DNA of 64,000 nt from a bacterium (lineage in GTDB: Bacteria; DUMJ01). The first letter of the stretch is position 1. Each line of letters starts with the position of its first letter. Made by a program: the position numbers and the translations under genes. Positions 31,060-40,272 of the stretch are shown piece by piece. The stretch covers positions 9,582-73,581 of the forward strand of contig JACIXS010000055.1 of assembly GCA_014360335.1 (NCBI GenBank). The letters are read 5' to 3'. A model generated the notes under the pieces. It was not told the DNA's origin. It was given only the letters and a program-made list of their open reading frames with translations, and searched no databases.

Positions 31060-33901
31060 AGTCTTAGTTACAGTATACATAATCTACTTCCTCCTTAAGA
31101 AGACACCACTAGAATCTATCATAAATTCCTTCGCTAGAATCAGACTCTTATTCTTTGGCATAGCCTTTCTTATTGGTTTATTATTTACACTCCTTAAGAT
31201 ATACAAATGGCACCTTTTAGTCAAAGATTTAGACCCAAGTATTTCTATCTCGTCCTCTATAGATGGTTATCTCTCTGGAATGGCTCTAGGGGTAGTAACT
31301 CCGGGTAGGGTAGGGGAAGTCGGTCGTATAGTAGGGATTCCGAGTGATAAAAAGTTTGCAGGCTTAGGTCTAGTTTTATGGGATAAAGTTTTCGATCTAT
31401 TAGTGGTAGTTCTCCTTTCTCTATGGGGAATTTGGTATTTTTTAGGTCATTATATATTGGTGATAGTAGCTCTAGTCCTTATAGGGATTCTATTTCTTGT
31501 CATTCAACCAAAATATTTAGAGATACTTCTTAAATTTCCGATAGTTAAAAGATATTCACAGCTTCTAGAAGGTCTTAGACATCTAAAGATGAAGACTATT
31601 CTCATCTGTTTATCTCTTACGCTAGTTAGCTATAACCTTGTTCTTTTTGAAGCCTTATTTTTGCTTAGAGCTTTTGGTTATGGATTTAATCTAGGTATTT
31701 TTATAGCATATCCCTTAGTTATGCTTGCTAATCTTATCCCTATAACAGTAGGAGGATTAGGGGTAAGAGAAGGATTTTCGATTTTACTTTTAAGTAGGTT
31801 TGGGATACTAGATACCGTTGCATTTAATTTGGCATTTTTGATATTTCTGATTAATACCGCTTTGCCTGCTGTATGGGGATTGTTCCCTATAAATAGGAGT
31901 TTAATAAATAATAAACTGATTCTGATATTTATAACGGCCCTAGGTGGATTTGTAAGGTTTTATAATATAGGCTCAAGGAGTCTCTGGCTTGATGAGGCTA
32001 TCACGGTAAACCTTGCTTGGAGTAGTATAAAGGATATAATCTTAAACAGGGCTTCTACAGGGATACATCCTCCACTATATTTTATACTTATCCGTATCTG
32101 GATATTGATATTTGGGGACTCTGAGATGGCTCTAAGGTCTTTTTCTGCTATCTTTAGCACAATAAGTATACCTATTATATACCTCTTTACTAGTAGGGTC
32201 TTTGATCCGGCAATCGCAGTGATCTCTTCACTCCTCTTTGCCCTTTCCCCATTTCAGCTTTATTATTCGCAAGAGGCTAGGATGTATCCCCTACTTACAT
32301 TTCTCTTTATACTTTCTCTATATCTACTTTACAGATGGAGTATCGGCGAATGTAAATCTGAAAAGAGAACACTTTTAGGCATAATTTTTATAAATGTTAT
32401 ATCCCTATACACCCATATCTATACCGTATTTCTTATACTCCTACAGAATCTATACATATTTTGGGTCAAATTCAAAGAGAGAAAAGTATTGAAGAGATGG
32501 ATATTGTATCAAATTATTATAGCAGTAGCCTTTTTACCATGGATATATGTGATAATAGAGAATAGAACTCCCGAGGTCTACCAAGGAAAGCAGAACCTTT
32601 CTCTAGAGGTTATAAAAAACTCCTTCTTAGAGATAAATTTAGGTTATGCCCGTAGTATATTTTCTAGAGGGAATTTGCCAAACTATCTTTTCCTTTTCTT
32701 TTTAACTCTATTCTTATTTGGATTGCTTCCGCCCTATAGAGAAAAGAAAGGATTTGCCCTAGTATGTCTATACATATCTATTCCTTTCTTGCTATTGGTC
32801 TTATTCTCATTAGAAAAGAGTTTCTTTAGTGCTAGATATCTCTCCCCGTTTATAGTAGGATACTTTATCCTATTAGCAAGGGGAATTAGAAGACTCAAGC
32901 TTTACCCTATAGTTATCTTAGCATTACTTGTCGTATTGGGAGTAGATACTCTGGCTATCTATAACTATAACAATAGGTTTGATTTTATATCACGTCCATG
33001 GCGAAAATTGGTAGATTATATACATTCCAATGCGCTAGATGGTGATGTGGTCTTGATAACTGCGCCCCAGATGTATAGACCATTTATTTACTATGATAGA
33101 GGTAGATTACCATATGTTATTATTGACGGTTTTGGTAATGTCCCTGTTGATATTTATAGGGGAACCTATTCTTATAAGAGGGTATGGTTTATAATGGCTG
33201 GTGAGGATAGTTCTGACCCGAATGGGAAGATTAAAAATTGGCTAGATAGTAACTATAAAAGGATTGATGGTATAGAGTTTTATAGACTTAAGACCTATCT
33301 TTATGAGATTCCCCAAGAATTCAACAGTGTTAATGTTATATTCTCTAACCCAAGTAGTGATTATATAGAGTATACCGTTGAGATTAGATATCCAAAAGGA
33401 GAATTAAGAGATGTTTTGGAGACCTTTGATAGATTAGGATTAAAAGGAACCTTCTTTTTTACTGCAGAAGCTATAGTTCCTCATAAAGATATAGTAAAAG
33501 AGATGATAACTAAGGGATACCAGATAGGTCTATTAGGGGAGTATTATATAGACTATACTACTTATCCTAAAGAGTATATGGTCTCTAGCTTGAAAAGGGC
33601 AGAAGAGATCCTTGAAGATATAATAGAAAAAGAGGTAAGAATATTTAGACCACCACAGAGCAGGTTTAATAAAGAACTCTTAACTGTCATTTACGAGCTT
33701 GGTTATACAATAAAATTCTGGGACGTAGATATCAGACGTTGGAACCACTATGATACTGATTTTGCTTTAAGAAAATTACAGCCTTTTCTCTCTCCAGGTA
33801 GGGTAGTTAACCTAGGAATATGGGATAATTTCTCAAAGTCTATACTTCAAAGCTATTCGATGGATGCTAGTATCTCCTCTAGTTCTTCTCTATCGAAGTG
33901 A
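31019..33901 (+). CDS. three-domain integral membrane fusion: MprF-type flippase-like TM region (UPF0104) + GT-C glycosyltransferase (ArnT/PMT GT39/83-like) + NodB-like polysaccharide deacetylase domain
   Basis: Residues ~1-295 are a multi-TM region containing the PGRVGEVGR motif. Residues ~300-640 carry the GT-C signature region (RSLWLDEAITV...HPPLYFILI...FGDSEMALRSFS). Residues ~760-940 are NodB-like (TFDRLGLKGTFFFT...). It is one continuous 960-aa ORF. Confidence 0.75.
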   Translation: MLMEKRNLLLNLVKVLVTVYIIYFLLKKTPLESIINSFARIRLLFFGIAFLIGLLFTLLKIYKWHLLVKDLDPSISISSSIDGYLSGMALGVVTPGRVGEVGRIVGIPSDKKFAGLGLVLWDKVFDLLVVVLLSLWGIWYFLGHYILVIVALVLIGILFLVIQPKYLEILLKFPIVKRYSQLLEGLRHLKMKTILICLSLTLVSYNLVLFEALFLLRAFGYGFNLGIFIAYPLVMLANLIPITVGGLGVREGFSILLLSRFGILDTVAFNLAFLIFLINTALPAVWGLFPINRSLINNKLILIFITALGGFVRFYNIGSRSLWLDEAITVNLAWSSIKDIILNRASTGIHPPLYFILIRIWILIFGDSEMALRSFSAIFSTISIPIIYLFTSRVFDPAIAVISSLLFALSPFQLYYSQEARMYPLLTFLFILSLYLLYRWSIGECKSEKRTLLGIIFINVISLYTHIYTVFLILLQNLYIFWVKFKERKVLKRWILYQIIIAVAFLPWIYVIIENRTPEVYQGKQNLSLEVIKNSFLEINLGYARSIFSRGNLPNYLFLFFLTLFLFGLLPPYREKKGFALVCLYISIPFLLLVLFSLEKSFFSARYLSPFIVGYFILLARGIRRLKLYPIVILALLVVLGVDTLAIYNYNNRFDFISRPWRKLVDYIHSNALDGDVVLITAPQMYRPFIYYDRGRLPYVIIDGFGNVPVDIYRGTYSYKRVWFIMAGEDSSDPNGKIKNWLDSNYKRIDGIEFYRLKTYLYEIPQEFNSVNVIFSNPSSDYIEYTVEIRYPKGELRDVLETFDRLGLKGTFFFTAEAIVPHKDIVKEMITKGYQIGLLGEYYIDYTTYPKEYMVSSLKRAEEILEDIIEKEVRIFRPPQSRFNKELLTVIYELGYTIKFWDVDIRRWNHYDTDFALRKLQPFLSPGRVVNLGIWDNFSKSILQSYSMDASISSSSSLSK

Positions 33902-34728
33902 TACCTACTACCACAAAAGACACAAGTCACCTCTGTAGAGCCTTCTTCTATTATAGAGGAGAGCTCCTCTTTCCCTAGAAGTATTAACGTAGTCTTAGCC
34001 CTTTCTCTAGAGCAAGGGCAATGGTATCGGATACCCCTTCTTTCTAGTATTATATATGGTATATCCTTAAAAATGACTTTCAATATTGATTCTACAGACT
34101 TAAATTCCCTTATTAGTTCACTTAATGGTGGAAGGTTTTCTAGCCTATGCTCTAATATCTCTACTTTTTCTAATGCGGTTCCTGGTAATATACGACCGAT
34201 CATTCCTCCTGAAGCTTCAACTCTTCCATTTGGCCCTATATACGCTCCAGCTGCTACTACCGAAGGCGTTTGCTCAGATGTATAGAAGTAATGGGCTAAG
34301 TCTGTTGCTATACCACCCTTTATAAGAGGAGTTATGCCTATATATGGACTCCCAAATCCTAGGTCTTTTACTACGTATAGATATCCTGATTTTCCTATCC
34401 CACTTTCTACATCGATATTACCTATCTCATTTGGCGGTAGTTCTATATGTGGATTCTTTATATATCCTCTCACATTTCCATTTGCATCAGATTGAACAAA
34501 TAGACCCTTTAATGGTCCATTAGATATGATTTGAAGGCTTACTGTTTGCCTACCTTCTAGGTCTGTTCCCATTATACCAACAAGACTTAATGCCCTTCCT
34601 AATGCAGCAGTAGCTAACCTACTGGTCCCATGAACTTCTCTAGCTCTCTCTACCAGTCTTGTGGTTATTGCTATACTTACTGTAAATGATAAATCATCTG
34701 ATGCTGCCTTTACTAGATAATCTTCCAT
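33853..34728 (-). CDS. hslO: redox-regulated chaperone Hsp33
   Basis: 291 aa with a C-terminal zinc centre (CPCS ... CVFC). Confidence 0.9.
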   Translation of the reverse strand: MEDYLVKAASDDLSFTVSIAITTRLVERAREVHGTSRLATAALGRALSLVGIMGTDLEGRQTVSLQIISNGPLKGLFVQSDANGNVRGYIKNPHIELPPNEIGNIDVESGIGKSGYLYVVKDLGFGSPYIGITPLIKGGIATDLAHYFYTSEQTPSVVAAGAYIGPNGRVEASGGMIGRILPGTALEKVEILEHRLENLPPLSELIREFKSVESILKVIFKDIPYIILERRGIRYHCPCSRERAKTTLILLGKEELSSIIEEGSTEVTCVFCGSRYHFDREELEEILASIE

Positions 34729-34734
34729 ATTTCT

Positions 34735-35508
34735 CTATCTTACCTCTAGAGTATCTCTTATCTTATTGACAATTTCTACAAATACGTTTGAAGACTTCAT
34801 CCTGCTATAGAAGTAGATATAAGGTCTCCCCTCGTCAGAAGACATTGCAATGTTAGGTTCTATTGGGATCTTACCTAAGAAGGGTACATTCATCTCCCGA
34901 GCGGTTCGTTCTCCTCCGCCAGATTTAAATATCTCAGTGATCGTTCCACAATTTGGGCAGATAAATCCGCTCATATTTTCTACTATCCCTAAGATTGGTA
35001 TATTTAAAGCCCTAGCGAAGTTTATAGCTTTTCTTGAATCTAGAAGCGAGACTTCTTGTGGGGTGGTGACTATTACTGCTCCATCTAAACCCTTAAATAG
35101 CTGTATTACAGATAAGGGTTCGTCTCCAGTTCCAGGTGGAGAATCTATAATTAGGTAGTCAAGATTACCCCATTCTGTCTGTTCTATGAATTGCCTAATT
35201 AGGTTTGTTTTTAATGGACCTCTCCATATTATTGGGTCATCCTGCTTCGGTAAAAGAAAACCTATGGATATAACCTTTAGACTTTCCCCATAGTTTATGG
35301 GGATAATCTTACCGTCCTTACTTTGAACCTTAGCATTATCTATTCCTAACATCTTTGGAATATTAGGACCATGTATATCTATGTCCATTAGTCCTACATC
35401 TAAACCATTTAAAGCTAATCCAACCGCTATATTTACCGCTACAGTGCTTTTCCCTACGCCACCTTTTCCACTGAGTACTATGACCTTATGTTTTATGTTT
35501 TCGTTCAT
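34735..35508 (-). CDS. Mrp/ApbC/NBP35-family Fe-S cluster carrier ATPase
   Basis: P-loop (GKGGVGKST) ParA-like fold with the CxxC motif (CPNC). Confidence 0.9.
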   Translation of the reverse strand: MNENIKHKVIVLSGKGGVGKSTVAVNIAVGLALNGLDVGLMDIDIHGPNIPKMLGIDNAKVQSKDGKIIPINYGESLKVISIGFLLPKQDDPIIWRGPLKTNLIRQFIEQTEWGNLDYLIIDSPPGTGDEPLSVIQLFKGLDGAVIVTTPQEVSLLDSRKAINFARALNIPILGIVENMSGFICPNCGTITEIFKSGGGERTAREMNVPFLGKIPIEPNIAMSSDEGRPYIYFYSRMKSSNVFVEIVNKIRDTLEVR

Positions 35509-35620
35509 TAAAATCCTCCGTTCTGACCTATCTTTAGGTATTCACTAGACTATTATAACATAAATAAGTTCAAGCTTACCCCTATTGAAATTTTGGCGTA
35601 TAAGTAGTACTATAAGATAA

Positions 35621-35645
35621 AGTGGTTTAAAGTGGAGAGAAGTGG
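35621..35645 (+). promoter_or_regulatory. putative MraZ operator: three direct AAGTGG repeats at exact 10-bp spacing in the mraZ leader
   Basis: AAGTGGtttaAAGTGGagagAAGTGGggg sits between a candidate promoter (-35 TTGAAA 35585-35590, -10 TACTAT 35608-35613) and the mraZ ATG. MraZ is known to bind GTGG-type direct repeats at 10-bp periodicity. Confidence 0.6.
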
Positions 35646-35648
35646 GGG

Positions 35649-36083
35649 ATGACATTTTCAGGAGAAGTAAGACATACTTTAGATGAAAAAGGGAGGATTG
35701 TAATACCTTCTAGATACAGACCTCCATTGAAGGATGGCCTCTATATAACCAGAGGTTTTGATAATGCCCTTTTCATTTTCTCTTTGGCAGAGTGGAACAG
35801 GATAGACGAGAAGCTGAGAGGTTTACCTTTAACAAATCCCAATGTCCTTAAGTTTATGAGATTTTGGTATTCAGGTGCGGTTCAAGAGGAACTAGATGCA
35901 CAGGGTAGACTTCTTATACCTAAGAATCTTAGAGAATATGCAAAGATAGAAAAGGAAGTAGTGATTATTGGGGTATCTAATAGATTAGAAGTTTGGAGTG
36001 CAGAGTTATGGGATGAATATTTTGGTGACCCAAGAGAATTTTATAAGAGTATGGGAGATACTATAAATGCTATTGGAATCTAA
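35649..36083 (+). CDS. mraZ: division/cell wall cluster transcriptional regulator MraZ
   Basis: N-terminus MTFSGEVRHTLDEKGRIVIPSRYR matches the MraZ repeat; it is the first gene of the dcw cluster. Confidence 0.95.
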   Translation: MTFSGEVRHTLDEKGRIVIPSRYRPPLKDGLYITRGFDNALFIFSLAEWNRIDEKLRGLPLTNPNVLKFMRFWYSGAVQEELDAQGRLLIPKNLREYAKIEKEVVIIGVSNRLEVWSAELWDEYFGDPREFYKSMGDTINAIGI

Positions 36084-36948
36084 GCTCCTCCATAAACCAG
36101 TAATGGTGGAAGAAGTAATAAAACTGATGGATGTAAAGCCAGGCGGTTTCTATCTAGATTGTACTTTAGGTGGTGGGGGACATAGTTTAGCTATTTTAGA
36201 GCATAGTAGTCCTGATGGATATCTGGTAGGTATAGATAGAGACCCTATAGCTATAGCCAAAGCAGAAGAGGTCCTTTCACAGTATAAAGGGAGATTTACC
36301 CTTATCCTAGGAAACTTTGCCTACCTTTCAGAGCTTATCTCTAAGACAGGTATAGATAGATTTGATGGGATCCTTTTTGATCTAGGATTATCTTCCATAC
36401 AACTAGAAGACCCAGAGAGGGGGTTTAGTTTTAACAGAGATGGGCCACTAGATATGAGGATGGACCCCAATATCCCTTTGACAGCCCATCAGATTGTTAA
36501 TACCTTTTCTTTAGATAAGTTAGAGGGTATCTTTAGAGACCTTGGGGAAGAATCTTTTGCCCATAAGATAGCAAAGGCTATTGTAGAGTATAGAAAGAAG
36601 AAGGAGATATCTTCAACTAAGGAATTGGCAGAGATAATCAGTTCTATAGTCAAACGAAGAGGTAGGATACATCCTGCCACTAAGGCATTTATGGCTCTAA
36701 GGATATTTATAAACAGTGAGTTAGAGAATCTAAAGAAAGCCCTCACTCAAGCCTTATCTCTTTTAAAGCCAAAGGGAAGACTCTGTGTCATCTCCTACCA
36801 CTCTTTAGAGGATAGGATTGTAAAGAACTTCTTTAGAGAAAGTGGAGAGCGAATTATTACTGCATCTGTTATAAAGCCAAGTAGAGAAGAGATTTTAAAT
36901 AATAGAAGAGCTAGAAGCGCTAAACTTAGGGGGTTGGAGAAGTTATGA
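36067..36948 (+). CDS. rsmH: 16S rRNA (cytosine1402-N4)-methyltransferase
   Basis: SAM-binding motifs plus its conserved position after mraZ. Confidence 0.95.
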   Translation: MLLESKLLHKPVMVEEVIKLMDVKPGGFYLDCTLGGGGHSLAILEHSSPDGYLVGIDRDPIAIAKAEEVLSQYKGRFTLILGNFAYLSELISKTGIDRFDGILFDLGLSSIQLEDPERGFSFNRDGPLDMRMDPNIPLTAHQIVNTFSLDKLEGIFRDLGEESFAHKIAKAIVEYRKKKEISSTKELAEIISSIVKRRGRIHPATKAFMALRIFINSELENLKKALTQALSLLKPKGRLCVISYHSLEDRIVKNFFRESGERIITASVIKPSREEILNNRRARSAKLRGLEKL

Positions 36949-37304
36949 GTAGAGTTTTGGCTAGAAAAAGTTTATACGTAGAGGCGCCATTAGAGGTTAC
37001 CCAGGAACATCTGTCTACGGTTCCCCAAAGGGCTGTATATACCTGGGTGAGATTATTTTTTATTTCAGCCTTACTTACTAGTATTCTTGCTTTAAGTCTA
37101 TTACAGGTAGGACTTTATGTTAAACTTCTGCATTACAGAGAGGAAATAAGGTCTTTAGAAGAAGCGATAGATAATCTTTCTATTAAGAACGAAGCACTGA
37201 GGCTAGAAGCTGAGAGACTAGCCTCTCCTTCTCGACTTAAGGAGGAGGGAAAGAGATTAAACCTACAGCCTAGTGAAAGGGTAATTATCTTACCTGTAGA
37301 TTAG
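36945..37304 (+). CDS. ftsL: cell division protein FtsL-like (single TM + coiled coil)
   Basis: Small 119-aa protein with a TM helix and a leucine-rich coiled coil, in the conserved position between rsmH and ftsI. Confidence 0.6.
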   Translation: MSRVLARKSLYVEAPLEVTQEHLSTVPQRAVYTWVRLFFISALLTSILALSLLQVGLYVKLLHYREEIRSLEEAIDNLSIKNEALRLEAERLASPSRLKEEGKRLNLQPSERVIILPVD

Positions 37305-37306
37305 CA

Positions 37307-38803
37307 TTGAAGACTAATAGGGTAAAGGTTTTAGTTGGAATTTTTATAGGGTTCTTTATTGTAGAAGGTTTATGCTTATTCTATTGGCATATAATCTGGG
37401 GGTATCAGAGGTTTAAATGCCCTGCTGAGGAATCTAACGTAGAGAGGGGAAAGATATATGATAGATATGGTAAGGTTATAGCTATGAATGAGCTAAAGTA
37501 TTCCGTGTTTGCAGACCCCTATATGATAGATGACCCTGTGATGTTAGGTAAGAAGATAGGAAACTTATTAAATAGGAATGCTGAAATATATATAGAAAGG
37601 TTAAAGAGGAACTTAAGATTTGTCTGGATAGAGAGAAAGTTGGATCTAGAGACTGCTAATAGGCTTTTATCTTTGAAAAGAGGTGCACTTTTTATTGAAG
37701 AGGAATACCAACGTCTATATCTAAATGACGATATGAAGGAAGTTATAGGTAATGTTGATGTGGATAATAATGGCTTAAGTGGTATAGAGTTAGCTCTAGA
37801 TAGCAGGCTAAAAAGGGGAGAAGATATCTATCTTAGCATAGATAGTATCTTACAGGCAAAGATAAATAGTCTACTAGAAGATAGTCAGAAGACTCTTAAA
37901 TTTAACAAAGGTATCGTTATTGTTATGTCTCCATGGACAGGAGAGGTCTTGGCACTGGTAAATTTCCCTCACATTAAGAATTTCGCTATTCAAGATATAT
38001 TTGAGCCAGGCTCGACCTTTAAACCAATAGTAGCATCTATCGCTTTGGAGGAAAAGTGTGTTAGTGAGGATGAGAAGTTTAACTGTAAGCCACCCTTTGT
38101 GGTAAGAGGAGTCTCCATAAAGGATGCCCCTCATGAGGTAGAATCTTATGATATGACATTGGAAAAGATCATTGAGGTCTCTTCAAATATAGGGATGGCT
38201 CAAGTAGGAATGAAGATAGGAACAGACCTCTTCTATAGATACATTACTTCATTTAGGTTTGGCTCTCCTACTGGTATAGAGATAGCTGGCGAGACCTCAG
38301 GAATGCTTCCTATTAGAAAAGATATAATTTCTCTTACCCAGAATAGCTTTGGTCAAGGGATAGCTGTAAATGCCCTACAGTTAGTCTCTAGTTATGCACC
38401 CTTAGCAAACGGAGGATATATAGTAAAACCTACAATCCTTAAATCTTTATCTAGTACCAATTTCTTGAATCAGGTTATATCTTCTGAGACCTCCAAAAAG
38501 ATTACCGAGATGCTGGTAAATGTTGTAGAGAATGGAACGGGGAAAAAAGCAAAGATAGAAGGGATAAAGATAGCAGGCAAAACTGGAACTGCTCAGAAGG
38601 TTGTAGATGGGTGTTATTCTATGGATAGACATATCGTTTCTTTTGTGGGGTATTTACCAGCCTACTCTCCTAGATATATAATCGGTGTGATATTGGATGA
38701 ACCAAAGGTAAGCAAATGGGCTTCTGATACAGCAGCTCCGTTATTTAAAGAGATAGCCGAGATTTTATTGTATGACGAACAGTTAAAAGGAGAGAGACTA
38801 TGA
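37307..38803 (+). CDS. ftsI: penicillin-binding protein (FtsI-like transpeptidase)
   Basis: N-terminal TM helix and a transpeptidase domain with SxxK (GSTFKP), in the dcw position. Confidence 0.85.
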   Translation: MKTNRVKVLVGIFIGFFIVEGLCLFYWHIIWGYQRFKCPAEESNVERGKIYDRYGKVIAMNELKYSVFADPYMIDDPVMLGKKIGNLLNRNAEIYIERLKRNLRFVWIERKLDLETANRLLSLKRGALFIEEEYQRLYLNDDMKEVIGNVDVDNNGLSGIELALDSRLKRGEDIYLSIDSILQAKINSLLEDSQKTLKFNKGIVIVMSPWTGEVLALVNFPHIKNFAIQDIFEPGSTFKPIVASIALEEKCVSEDEKFNCKPPFVVRGVSIKDAPHEVESYDMTLEKIIEVSSNIGMAQVGMKIGTDLFYRYITSFRFGSPTGIEIAGETSGMLPIRKDIISLTQNSFGQGIAVNALQLVSSYAPLANGGYIVKPTILKSLSSTNFLNQVISSETSKKITEMLVNVVENGTGKKAKIEGIKIAGKTGTAQKVVDGCYSMDRHIVSFVGYLPAYSPRYIIGVILDEPKVSKWASDTAAPLFKEIAEILLYDEQLKGERL

Positions 38804-40272
38804 AGCTACTAAAGTTGCTAGAAAATGTGGAAGTAATAGATATAAGGGGTATAGAAAGACTAAACGAGGTAGAGATAGATGGTATTAGTAGCAATTCTAA
38901 GAATGTCAAAAAGAATTATATGTTTATAGCATTAAAAGGAGAAAAGTTCGATGGTCATTCCTTTATAGAAGAGGCATTAAGGAACGGGGCGATAGTAGCA
39001 TTAGGGGAGGAAGATATAGTTGGAGACTTTCTCTATATAAGAGTTTCTAACAGTAAAAGGGCATATGCCTTTATAAGTAGTAATCTTTATGGGAATCCTT
39101 TTAGACATATAAAGACTGTTGGTGTTACTGGCACTAATGGTAAGACTACCACTGTAAATCTTATTGGTAAGATCTTGGAGGCTAGCGGGGAGAAGATTGG
39201 TGTAATAGGAACCTTGGGTGCTAGATTGGGTAGCGAAGTCTTATCGACTCAATTTACAACTCCTGAGCAGTTGCTCCTAGCTGAGCTGTATGGTAGGGCT
39301 AGGTTACTCGGTATAAAAAGAATTGTTATGGAGGTATCTTCCCATGCCTTGGCTCAGCATAGAGTAGATGCGGTTTATTTTGATGGAGGTATCTTTACCA
39401 ATCTTACCCAGGATCATCTAGATTTTCATAGAGATATGGAGTCTTATTTTAATGCTAAAAGGCGTCTATTTGAAATGGTTTCAGAAGTAGAAACTGGTAT
39501 TATGGTGATAAATGTGGATGACCCCTATGGTAAGAGATTAATTAAAGAATTCTGGGAAAAGTATCCTATTACTTATGGCATAAAGGAAGAGGCTATAATA
39601 ACCGCTAGAAATATAGAAACCTCTGTAGATGGTTTGTCTTTTGACCTCATTGTAGAAGATAAACGTTTTAAAGTACAATCTAAGCTTTTGGGAGAGATAA
39701 ATGTCTATAATATCCTTTCAGCTATAGGCTACTGCTATGGAGTAGGGGTTCCTATGGATATAGCCTTACAGGTTATTTGTGAGTTTAGACCTGTGAGGGG
39801 TAGACTAGAACGTATAGATTTGGGACAATCGTTTCAGGTTTTAATAGATTATGCCCATACCCCTGATGCCTTAGAGAGAATCCTTAAAGTAGCCAAGTCT
39901 TTAGGGAAGAGGGTTATAACTGTATTTGGATGCGGAGGGGATAGGGATAAGACCAAGAGACCTATTATGGGAGATATAGCAACTAGGCTATCCGATTTTG
40001 TTATTATTACCTCTGATAACCCTCGTAGTGAAGACCCTATAAGGATTATAGAGGATATAATTAGTGGAGTAAAGAGGAATAACTATATCATACAGGAGGA
40101 TAGAAAAGAAGCTATCAATTATGCTGTTAATATGGCAGAGCCTGGAGATGTTGTAGTGATAGCTGGGAAAGGACACGAGACATATCAGATATTTAAAGAT
40201 ATAACTATTCACTTTGATGATAGAGAGGTAGCTATAGATGCTATTAAAAGGAGGATAAATGATAACCAGTAA
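38800..40272 (+). CDS. murE: UDP-N-acetylmuramoyl-tripeptide synthetase (meso-DAP adding; DNPR motif present)
   Basis: Mur ligase domains with a GTNGKTT P-loop, and a C-terminal TSDNPRSEDP motif typical of mDAP-specific MurE. Confidence 0.9.
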   Translation: MKLLKLLENVEVIDIRGIERLNEVEIDGISSNSKNVKKNYMFIALKGEKFDGHSFIEEALRNGAIVALGEEDIVGDFLYIRVSNSKRAYAFISSNLYGNPFRHIKTVGVTGTNGKTTTVNLIGKILEASGEKIGVIGTLGARLGSEVLSTQFTTPEQLLLAELYGRARLLGIKRIVMEVSSHALAQHRVDAVYFDGGIFTNLTQDHLDFHRDMESYFNAKRRLFEMVSEVETGIMVINVDDPYGKRLIKEFWEKYPITYGIKEEAIITARNIETSVDGLSFDLIVEDKRFKVQSKLLGEINVYNILSAIGYCYGVGVPMDIALQVICEFRPVRGRLERIDLGQSFQVLIDYAHTPDALERILKVAKSLGKRVITVFGCGGDRDKTKRPIMGDIATRLSDFVIITSDNPRSEDPIRIIEDIISGVKRNNYIIQEDRKEAINYAVNMAEPGDVVVIAGKGHETYQIFKDITIHFDDREVAIDAIKRRINDNQ

